Shown: positions 1 through 9,835 of the stretch, one piece after another
How positions within the stretch are numbered: the stretch's first letter is position 1
How the letters are laid out: each line of letters opens with the position of its first letter
Assembly (NCBI GenBank): GCA_049322915.1
Contig: JBMOPW010000032.1
Location: 1 to 64,000, forward strand
From: Candidatus Zhuqueibacterota bacterium
Lineage (GTDB): Bacteria > Zhuqueibacterota > Zhuqueibacteria > Thermofontimicrobiales > Thermofontimicrobiaceae
Length of the DNA: 64,000 nucleotides
Direction of reading: 5' to 3'
Position numbers and translations under genes: made by a program
Notes under the pieces: generated by a model
What the model was told of the DNA's origin: nothing
Seen by the model: the letters and a program-made list of their open reading frames with translations, nothing else
The model's database searches: none

Positions 1-136
1 AATTTCGTAAATGTCCATAACCGTGATCTCTTTATATCCCATAGCTTTTCTCCATGTTTGGTGAAATTAAACAAACTACTTGGAGAAAAGATAATAAATA
101 AATGCAATTTAATCCAACGATGATCTATCGTTGCAG

Positions 137-257
137 GTGGGGAATATGATTGCCCTGGACTACAAAAAGTGGGGAATTCTATTTGCCCTGAATAAGCAAA
201 AAGTGGGGAATAGTAATTGCCCTGAAGCCATTTTAGTGGGGAATTGTGGTTACCCTC
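137..257. repeat. Four-unit phased direct repeat GTGGGGAA-N5/6-TT(G/A)CCCT(G/C); candidate oriC initiator-binding array
   Basis: Units at 137-157, 169-190, 203-224 and 236-257 (start spacings 32, 34, 33 bp), directly upstream of the dnaN promoter. The minus strand reads TTCCCCAC, a DnaA-box-like variant. AT-rich tracts lie at ~86-112 and ~262-320. Confidence 0.8.
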
Positions 258-322
258 GACAGATAAAAATTTGATAAAAAAATCAATCAATAAATCATTA
301 AAATTCTAAGTGCAAAAAAGTA

Positions 323-351
323 TTGATAATTTTGTTTTTTGTTTTTATATT
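323..351 (+). promoter_or_regulatory. sigma70-type promoter of dnaN operon
   Basis: TTGATA (323-328), 17 bp, TATATT (346-351). Confidence 0.55.
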
Positions 352-402
352 ACTCACCAATATTACGTTGGAAAATCAACAAGAAAGATAAAGGAGTCTA
401 AA

Positions 403-1527
403 ATGCACTTTACAGTATCAAAAGGTGTGCTTCAAAAAGGCCTTCAACGAGTCGTTGGGGTAATTCCCGCAAAGACGACAATTCCTATTTTAGAAAATGT
501 ATTATTGGAACTACAAGGCGATAGACTTCAAATAACCGGTACAGATTTGGAAATATGCATTTCTACTGAAATCACTGTGAATGGCAATGGGGATGGCGCA
601 TATGCTGTTCCGGCAAAATCTCTGAATGAAATTTTACGAGAGCTTCCTGAAATTCCATTAGATTTGCATGTTGAAGATCCAGGCAAAATATCCATTCGCA
701 CGAAAAATGGCTTGTACAAATTAGGTTGCCAATCCAAGGAAGAATTTCCCAGTATCGTTCTTGAAGATAGCGAGGGAAATATCGATGTTGATAGTTATAC
801 CCTGTTAAGGATGATCAATAAAACAATTTTTGCTGTATCAACAGATGAATTGCGGACAACACTGATGGGAGTTTACTTTCAGTTGATGCCTGAAGAATTT
901 CGCTGTGTTGCCACTGACGGGCATCGATTGGTTCGAATTAAAAATAGAAGATTCAAGTCTCCCGAGTTTCAAAAAAATGTCATCGTTCCGACAAAGGCCT
1001 TATCTTTAATCATAAGGAATATTGAAGCATTGGAAGATGAAATATTAATTAATATTTCAGTCGGTGAGAATCATGTGGTTTTTAAAATGGATGAAACCTT
1101 CGTCTATTCAAAAATCATTGAAGGTCAATATCCAAAATATGAAAATGTAATTCCCATAGATAATGATAAAAAACTTACCATTGATAAACTGGCTTTATCT
1201 GCCTCTGTGAAACGTGTTGCAATCTTTTCAAATTCTTACACGCATCAGATAAAATTTGAAATTGAGAGCGACCTAATGAGAATAAGTTCGGAAGATATTG
1301 AATTAGGAGGTGAGGGTAAAGAAGAAATACCAGTGAAATATGATCACTCCAATATTGAAGTTGGTTACAATGGAATTTATATTCTGGATATCATTAGAAA
1401 TATCGACACTGAAGAAGTGAATTTTTTGATAAAGGACTCTGTGAGTGCAGCGATTGTTACGCCGACAAGCCAAAAAAATGATGAAGATCTCATGATGTTG
1501 ATTATGCCAATTCGATTAAATGAATGA
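403..1527 (+). CDS. dnaN: DNA polymerase III beta sliding clamp
   Basis: GTDLE, VATDGHRL and C-terminal LIMPIRL motifs; RBS AAGGAG at 391-396 supports ATG 403 over the ORF-track start 310. Confidence 0.97.
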   Translation: MHFTVSKGVLQKGLQRVVGVIPAKTTIPILENVLLELQGDRLQITGTDLEICISTEITVNGNGDGAYAVPAKSLNEILRELPEIPLDLHVEDPGKISIRTKNGLYKLGCQSKEEFPSIVLEDSEGNIDVDSYTLLRMINKTIFAVSTDELRTTLMGVYFQLMPEEFRCVATDGHRLVRIKNRRFKSPEFQKNVIVPTKALSLIIRNIEALEDEILINISVGENHVVFKMDETFVYSKIIEGQYPKYENVIPIDNDKKLTIDKLALSASVKRVAIFSNSYTHQIKFEIESDLMRISSEDIELGGEGKEEIPVKYDHSNIEVGYNGIYILDIIRNIDTEEVNFLIKDSVSAAIVTPTSQKNDEDLMMLIMPIRLNE

Positions 1528-1543
1528 AGGATAGTTTCTATCG

Positions 1544-2659
1544 ATGATTCTAAATTCAATCGAATTAGCTGATTTCAGAAATTATCAGCATGTTAGTTTA
1601 GAGTTCAGCGCTCATAATAATTTTTTCATTGGAAACAATGCTCAGGGAAAAACAAATTTATTAGAAGCAATTTATCTCTTATGCCTCTCTAAAAGTTTTC
1701 GGACAAAACATGAAAAAGAGGCTATTCTTTTTTCTGCAGAGAAATTTCTCATCAAAGGAGATTTTCTCCTTAATACAAATAATCTGCAAAAGATTTTTTT
1801 TGACTGTTCGATCAAGCAGGGAAAAGATATATACATCAACAGAAAAAGACTGAGTAAAATTTCTGAATTGATTGGTAATTTCCCTGTTGTCATTTCATCT
1901 CCTGAAGAATATGATTTGACATTAGGACCGCCTCCGGAGCGAAGAAAATTTGTCGATATTTTACTTTCACAAATCTATAAAAAATACTTTTCCTTGTTAC
2001 AAGATTATCATCGCATCGTCTTACAGAGAAATTCTGTTTTGTCAAATTGGAAATTTTCTGGGTCAAAAACGCCTGCATTTTTAGAACCCTGGGATGAAAA
2101 ATTAATACAAGTGGGAAGTGACCTCACAACGTATCGAAAAGAATTTTCCTTACAATTTTCCGAGAAAATATCGACGATATATTCCAAGTTAGTGTCCAGC
2201 AACGAGAAACTGTCTTTTGAATATAAGCCAAATATTCCTGCTGAAGATAATGATGAAATTAAGAATCGGTTCAAGGAAAAATTAGCGAAAAATAGAAAAA
2301 ATGAAATCCAGCGGGGAACGTGCCTGATTGGCCCTCATCGGGATGATTTTGTGTTCAAGATAAATGGTCGGGAGTTGAAAAAGTATGGATCAAGAGGGCA
2401 ACACAAAACTGTTCTCATAACATTAGTCATTGCCGAGGCGAATTTAATAGAGGAACGTAAAAACGAAAAACCTGTCATTTTAATTGATGATTTATATTCA
2501 GAATTGGATGTGGAAAGAGAAAAAAAAATACTCCATCTGTTGAATGGAATGGGGCAGATTTTTATTACTTCGACAAGCATTCACCATCATCAAAAGAAAA
2601 ATGAGGAAGATAGATATTTTTTCATTTCCAATGGATGCATAACCACAGAAAATACTTGA
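1544..2659 (+). CDS. recF: DNA replication/repair protein RecF
   Basis: FRNY, GNNAQGKTNLLEAI Walker A, GPHRDD, GSRGQ, DDLYSELD; follows dnaN. Confidence 0.96.
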   Translation: MILNSIELADFRNYQHVSLEFSAHNNFFIGNNAQGKTNLLEAIYLLCLSKSFRTKHEKEAILFSAEKFLIKGDFLLNTNNLQKIFFDCSIKQGKDIYINRKRLSKISELIGNFPVVISSPEEYDLTLGPPPERRKFVDILLSQIYKKYFSLLQDYHRIVLQRNSVLSNWKFSGSKTPAFLEPWDEKLIQVGSDLTTYRKEFSLQFSEKISTIYSKLVSSNEKLSFEYKPNIPAEDNDEIKNRFKEKLAKNRKNEIQRGTCLIGPHRDDFVFKINGRELKKYGSRGQHKTVLITLVIAEANLIEERKNEKPVILIDDLYSELDVEREKKILHLLNGMGQIFITSTSIHHHQKKNEEDRYFFISNGCITTENT

Positions 2660-2681
2660 ATCAGCGAATTGGTTTCATGCC

Positions 2682-2957
2682 ATGAATACTCTTGCCGATG
2701 CATTGAAGAACCTGATCAAAAGTTTGGGTATAGAAGACCAGGTTCAGGTCAATCAAATTTTATTACTCTGGCCAAGCGTTGTAGGCAAAAAAATTGCTGA
2801 GGTTAGTCAGGCTCAAAAAATTGAACACAACATACTTTTTGTCAAAGTGACTAATGATAGCTGGCGACAAGAATTGCTTTTTCTAAAAAAGAACATCATC
2901 GATAAGTTGAATAAAAAAGTCGGTAAGGAAATTATCAGAGATATACGACTGTATTGA
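2682..2957 (+). CDS. dciA: DUF721/DciA family protein
   Basis: WPSVVGKKIA...LFVKV...SWRQELLFLK pattern; typical position between recF and gyrB. Confidence 0.8.
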   Translation: MNTLADALKNLIKSLGIEDQVQVNQILLLWPSVVGKKIAEVSQAQKIEHNILFVKVTNDSWRQELLFLKKNIIDKLNKKVGKEIIRDIRLY

Positions 2958-2958
2958 C

Positions 2959-3088
2959 CTAACCTGAATTATTCATGAACTTGCTCAGAATTTGAGTCAA
3001 CATTCAGATTTTCAATTAGCTAAAAGCTAAGCTATTTTGAAACACAGTTTTTATACGTTTATTCTAAAAAGAGCACCATTCAGGTTAG
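2959..3088. repeat. 130-bp segment bounded by perfect 11-bp inverted repeats (MITE-like)
   Basis: CTAACCTGAAT (2959-2969) / ATTCAGGTTAG (3078-3088) in the dciA-gyrB intergenic region. Confidence 0.45.
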
Positions 3089-3184
3089 CCAGCCTCCTTT
3101 AAAAATACTATGAATAATGCAGGCTAAAAGTGTTTCGATAAAATTCAATTAGAATCCTTAAATTGATTTTATAAAAAAAGGTAA

Positions 3185-5137
<1,953 letters not shown>

Positions 5138-5155
5138 AAATTGTGAGCAGGGAAT

Positions 5156-7588
5156 ATGGATATAAAGCGTGAGAGAATTCTTCCTATATACATCGAAGAG
5201 GAGATGAAAGATTCCTACATCGACTATTCGATGTCTGTCATTGTTTCACGTGCGTTACCTGATGTTCGCGATGGACTCAAACCAGTCCATCGTCGAGTGC
5301 TATTTGGAATGCATGAATTAGGATTACGGCCAAACTCTGCGTTCAAAAAAAGCGCGAGAATCGTTGGAGAGGTTCTGGGTAAATACCATCCACATGGCGA
5401 TTCGGCTGTCTATTTTTCGATGGTTCGAATGGTTCAGGAATTTTCATTGCGTTATCCATTGGTTCGAGGGCAAGGAAATTTTGGATCTATCGATGGCGAC
5501 TCACCCGCTGCAATGAGGTACACAGAGGCAAAACTGGCGCCGATCGCCGAAGAATTTCTGAAAGACCTGGATAAAGAGACAGTAAACTTCACACCCAATT
5601 TTGATGAATCGCTAAACGAACCGAGTGTATTGCCATCGCTTTTGCCAAATCTACTCGTGAATGGCTCATCGGGAATTGCAGTGGGAATGGCAACAAATAT
5701 TCCTCCACACAATTTAACTGAGGTCGTTGAAGCCCTGGTTGCGCAAATTAACAATCCCGAAATTACCATCAACGAGCTCATGAGAATTATAACAGGACCC
5801 GATTTTCCAACAGGGGCGATTATTTATGGAGTGGAAGGTATCGCGGAAGCCTACCGTACAGGTCGGGGAAGAATCATCGTTCGGGCGCGCGCCAATATCG
5901 AAACGTTACGGGGTGGAAAAAACCAAATCGTCATCAGCGAAATTCCGTACATGGTCAACAAGGCAAACTTGATCGAGAAGATTGCGGAACTCGTCAATGA
6001 AAAGAAAATTGAAGGAATCACTGAAATACGCGATGAGTCTGATAAAGATGGTTTGAGAATCGTCATCGAATTGAGGAAGGACGCTCAGCCTCATGTCATC
6101 CTCAATCAGTTGTACAAGCACACACAAATGCAGGAGACGTTTGGTGTCATCATGATTGCGCTGGTTGATGGCGTTCCGCTTGTTTTAAATTTAAAAGAAA
6201 TTTTGTACCACTTTATCGAGTTCCGACATGAAGTTGTTGTTCGGCGGACCAAGTTTGAATTGGATAAAGCAGAAAAGCGAGCGCACATACTGGAAGGTCT
6301 CAAAATTGCATTGGATAATATCGATGCAATTATTGAACTCATCAAACAATCGCGGACGCCGGATACTGCACGACAGGCATTAATGAAGACATTTAAATTG
6401 TCAGAAATTCAGGCGCAGGCTATCCTGGATATGCGATTGCAGCGGTTGACCGGACTTGAGCGAAAGAAAATTGAAGATGAGTACTTGGAGACAATAAAGC
6501 TGATCACCAAATTGAAGGCAATTTTAGATAGTAAATCCATGCGAATGGGCATTATTAAAGATGAACTGATTGAATTAAAAGAAAGATTTGGCGATGCGCG
6601 GCGCACGGAAATTATCGGCAAAATCGAAGAGTTCTCCATTGAAGATATGATTGCCGAAGAGGATATGGTGATTACAATTTCCCACACCGGATTCATTAAA
6701 CGGTTCCCCGTGTCTGGCTACCGCAGACAATCCAGGGGAGGAACGGGCCATTCCGGCGCTTCGACGAATGAAGAGGATTTTATTGAGCATATTTTTATCG
6801 CCTCAACCCACCATTATATGTTGATCTTCACGGATAAAGCGCGCTGCTATTGGTTGAAGGTATATGCCATTCCGCAGGCGGGCAAAGGTTCAAAAGGCCG
6901 CGCCATTGTCAATTTGATCGATATTCAGAAAGATGAGAAGATAGCGGCGATCGTGAATGTCAAGGAATTCGACGACCAGCACTTTGTCATCATGGCAACA
7001 AGAAATGGGTTGGTCAAAAAAACAGTGTTATCAGCATTTAGCAATCCTCGCAAAGGGGGAATAAATGCAGCATCAATTCGAGAGGGGGACGATTTAATTG
7101 AGGCCAGAATAACGGACGGTTCTCAGGAGATCATATTGGGTACCCGCGATGGTAAAGCGATTCGATTTCTTGAATCTGATGTGCGCGAAATGGGAAGACA
7201 GGCGACCGGCGTCAGTGGAATTCATCTCATGAAAAATGATAGCGTCGTCGGAATGGTGACGGTGCGTTCGGATTCAACATTGCTGGTAGTCACAGAAAAA
7301 GGCTATGGCAAGCGGACAAAAATTAGTGAATATCGGATGACGCGAAGGGGCGGGAAAGGAATCGTGACGGTGAACACCAATGACAAGGTCGGGAAAATGG
7401 TGACTATAAAAGAGGTGTTTGATGATGATGATTTAATGATTATTTCAACGAAGGGAAAAGTGATTCGCCAGTCCATCGAAGCGATTCGTAAGATGGGAAG
7501 AGCGACCCAGGGAATACGACTCATCAAACTGGGAGAAGAAGATAAAATTGCAGACATTGCCCGAATTGTAAAAGAAAATGATCAGTGA
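5156..7588 (+). CDS. gyrA: DNA gyrase subunit A
   Basis: [29 protein letters not shown]; GyrA-box QSRGGTG and beta-pinwheel repeats. Confidence 0.99.
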   Translation: MDIKRERILPIYIEEEMKDSYIDYSMSVIVSRALPDVRDGLKPVHRRVLFGMHELGLRPNSAFKKSARIVGEVLGKYHPHGDSAVYFSMVRMVQEFSLRYPLVRGQGNFGSIDGDSPAAMRYTEAKLAPIAEEFLKDLDKETVNFTPNFDESLNEPSVLPSLLPNLLVNGSSGIAVGMATNIPPHNLTEVVEALVAQINNPEITINELMRIITGPDFPTGAIIYGVEGIAEAYRTGRGRIIVRARANIETLRGGKNQIVISEIPYMVNKANLIEKIAELVNEKKIEGITEIRDESDKDGLRIVIELRKDAQPHVILNQLYKHTQMQETFGVIMIALVDGVPLVLNLKEILYHFIEFRHEVVVRRTKFELDKAEKRAHILEGLKIALDNIDAIIELIKQSRTPDTARQALMKTFKLSEIQAQAILDMRLQRLTGLERKKIEDEYLETIKLITKLKAILDSKSMRMGIIKDELIELKERFGDARRTEIIGKIEEFSIEDMIAEEDMVITISHTGFIKRFPVSGYRRQSRGGTGHSGASTNEEDFIEHIFIASTHHYMLIFTDKARCYWLKVYAIPQAGKGSKGRAIVNLIDIQKDEKIAAIVNVKEFDDQHFVIMATRNGLVKKTVLSAFSNPRKGGINAASIREGDDLIEARITDGSQEIILGTRDGKAIRFLESDVREMGRQATGVSGIHLMKNDSVVGMVTVRSDSTLLVVTEKGYGKRTKISEYRMTRRGGKGIVTVNTNDKVGKMVTIKEVFDDDDLMIISTKGKVIRQSIEAIRKMGRATQGIRLIKLGEEDKIADIARIVKENDQ

Positions 7589-7660
7589 TAAAAATCACAC
7601 TCATTAATCCAAATGGCAAGCAAATTATAACAATTACGCCGATACTCAGAAGGGGCAAAC

Positions 7661-8977
7661 ATGGAATCGACAACTGGAGAAAATGAGAAAAGACTACTGG
7701 CAGCAACAGTTCGAGAAAGATTAATCGGAAATAGAAATATCATTCTGTATAAAGAATTGCTTGAGAATAAAATTCCGAAATTCTTGAAAAATTATTTACA
7801 GAACAGTGTTCAGAAATTTGTGCATACAGAAGAACCAGTACAGTTCAATAATTCCAAACGATTTGATTTGGAAGATGAAAAAATAAATCACCTGAAAATC
7901 CTGATTATCAAGGCATTTGAAGAAGCGACCATTTTTTCAAGAGATGAATTAATCGAAATTATCAATAGAACTGTAAGGCTCCAATTCGATCTTCTAGTTC
8001 AACCGGGTGCGACGCTTATTAAAATTTTCTATCGTAATAAATCAGACCGTGTTCAAAATGAAGTTCTACAGATACTCGATGGACTCGAAGATCGTCGCAT
8101 CTTTGTCAAGACACTGATTAAAAACATCAGAGAATTTGACCAATACCATATTGTCGAAGTGGATTTTAAAAATCTACTTCATAAAACTGAAAAAGAAGTA
8201 TACGAGACTAATTTCATTTCTGCTTTTTTAAGCGATGTTTTAGCCTTTGCGGAGTTTCTCAGTTATATTCACGGGCGCAAGGAAAACCAGATGAGCACGG
8301 AGTTGGTGAAATTGCTGCTCACTGAGCGTAACAATAATTCCTATTCGGAGAGAATAAAAGCTTTCAAAGAAGACTCCGTTGAAATTTCAAAAATACCCCA
8401 ACTATTCGGAGATATCAATGACCGGGCTCTGAAGGTAGAAGGTGACAACAACCACAATGAAGATGATTTAGAAAAATTCATCATGAATCCAGATGAAACA
8501 ATTCAACCCATCGAATTGGAAGATAAATCCAAAGTCTATGAATCGGAAATCAGGCTAAGTTTTGGAGAGAACGACAAGACGTTTGACCGCGATGATTCAG
8601 ATGTAAAAATAGCGGATCGTTCTTCGGATTCAAGGCCAGCAAAAGCAAAACACCCCATTATTACCAATGTTGGCAAAGATCCTTTGGACATGATAATTAC
8701 CAGAAGCAAAATTGAAGAGCAACCATCAGGTCCGTTAACTTCGCTAGAATACCTGATCGATGAGAAAAGTAAAAAATTTATTATCAAACGAATTTTCAAA
8801 AATGATGATTTTGCCTATACACAGTTCATCAGGAAATTAGAGATTATTCATAGTTGGAAAAAAGCGAAAATAGTTATTGATAAAGAATTGCTGAATCGAT
8901 CGATTCAGCCATTTTCAAAAGAAGCGTTACGATTGGGTGATCTGGTATTCAATCGTTACTTCCCAAAAAAACATTAA
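7661..8977 (+). CDS. Conserved hypothetical protein (helical N-domain, acidic linker, C-terminal helical domain)
   Basis: 438-aa ORF with RBS-like AGGGG; no catalytic motif recognised. Confidence 0.75.
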   Translation: MESTTGENEKRLLAATVRERLIGNRNIILYKELLENKIPKFLKNYLQNSVQKFVHTEEPVQFNNSKRFDLEDEKINHLKILIIKAFEEATIFSRDELIEIINRTVRLQFDLLVQPGATLIKIFYRNKSDRVQNEVLQILDGLEDRRIFVKTLIKNIREFDQYHIVEVDFKNLLHKTEKEVYETNFISAFLSDVLAFAEFLSYIHGRKENQMSTELVKLLLTERNNNSYSERIKAFKEDSVEISKIPQLFGDINDRALKVEGDNNHNEDDLEKFIMNPDETIQPIELEDKSKVYESEIRLSFGENDKTFDRDDSDVKIADRSSDSRPAKAKHPIITNVGKDPLDMIITRSKIEEQPSGPLTSLEYLIDEKSKKFIIKRIFKNDDFAYTQFIRKLEIIHSWKKAKIVIDKELLNRSIQPFSKEALRLGDLVFNRYFPKKH

Positions 8978-8996
8978 TATTCTAATGAGGATAACC

Positions 8997-9767
8997 ATGC
9001 AAGCGGCGATACGGAATGACTACAAAAAAGTGGGGGGAATTATCATTGGATTTCTCATTATTTCAGTCGTCTTTTCATTTGTTTATGCAGTGGACGAGGA
9101 CTCAAAGAAGGGCTTGATTACCTATACCGATGGAAGAGTAAAGAAAAAAACACTGACGGATGAAGATTGGATGAATGCGATGAAAGATTCAGATATCATA
9201 AGCGGAGATCGGATTCGAACATATCAGCAATCCCGTGCGGAATTAGAGTTGGTCGAATTGGATGTCGTCCGAATGGCGCCTGAGACTATTATTGATGTTG
9301 TAAAGCTTTATGAAGAGACAAAAGAAAAGGTAAAGGAAACGACGCTTAATCTGGAAAAAGGAGATATCTGGGCAACAGTGAAAAAGAAAAATGAAAATGT
9401 AAAATTCAATATTTCCGCTCCGGTCACTGTTGCCGCAATTACCGGCACTATCTTGAGAATAGGAGTAACAACTGATTCGACAACACAGTTGAAGGTTTAT
9501 AATGGTGAAGTAAAAATCACCAATGCACCTGAGAGGCCTGATTTAACCCCGAAAACCATTCAGGTTCACGAAGTGCCGGGGCCCTACGAAATCCCCGGAC
9601 CCCGCGAGGTGTCGCTGGATGAATGGGTGTATATCGTTCGAAATATGCAGAAAATTGTTATCGATAAAAATGGTCAGGTCAAAGAAGTGGGCAAATTTGA
9701 CATGACTGACATAGATGAAAGGACTGATTGGGTCAAGTGGAATCAAATGCGCGATAAAATGAAATAA
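8997..9767 (+). CDS. FecR-domain exported protein
   Basis: N-terminal hydrophobic segment, then GDRIRT...SRAEL...VRMAPET...LEKGDIW...AAITGT...LKVYNGEV; RBS GAGG before ATG 8997. Confidence 0.75.
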   Translation: MQAAIRNDYKKVGGIIIGFLIISVVFSFVYAVDEDSKKGLITYTDGRVKKKTLTDEDWMNAMKDSDIISGDRIRTYQQSRAELELVELDVVRMAPETIIDVVKLYEETKEKVKETTLNLEKGDIWATVKKKNENVKFNISAPVTVAAITGTILRIGVTTDSTTQLKVYNGEVKITNAPERPDLTPKTIQVHEVPGPYEIPGPREVSLDEWVYIVRNMQKIVIDKNGQVKEVGKFDMTDIDERTDWVKWNQMRDKMK

Positions 9768-9799
9768 TTGTTTGTCAAAATTTTCTATCAAATCGAAGG

Positions 9800-9835
9800 A
9801 GCGCTTACAAAGTCATATGTGAGCGCTTTTTTTTT
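9800..9835 (+). terminator. Intrinsic terminator between convergent genes
   Basis: Stem AGCGCTTACA/TGTGAGCGCT followed by a long T run. Confidence 0.75.

Noticed and set aside
137..257. Mini-CRISPR interpretation of the four-unit repeat
   Set aside because: Inter-unit gaps are only 11-12 bp, unit centres vary, there are no cas genes in the window, and the position before dnaN fits an origin or operator array.
5242..5257. parS-like TGTTTCACGTGCGTTA
   Set aside because: The right arm does not match, and the sequence is explained by the conserved GyrA IVSRAL codons.
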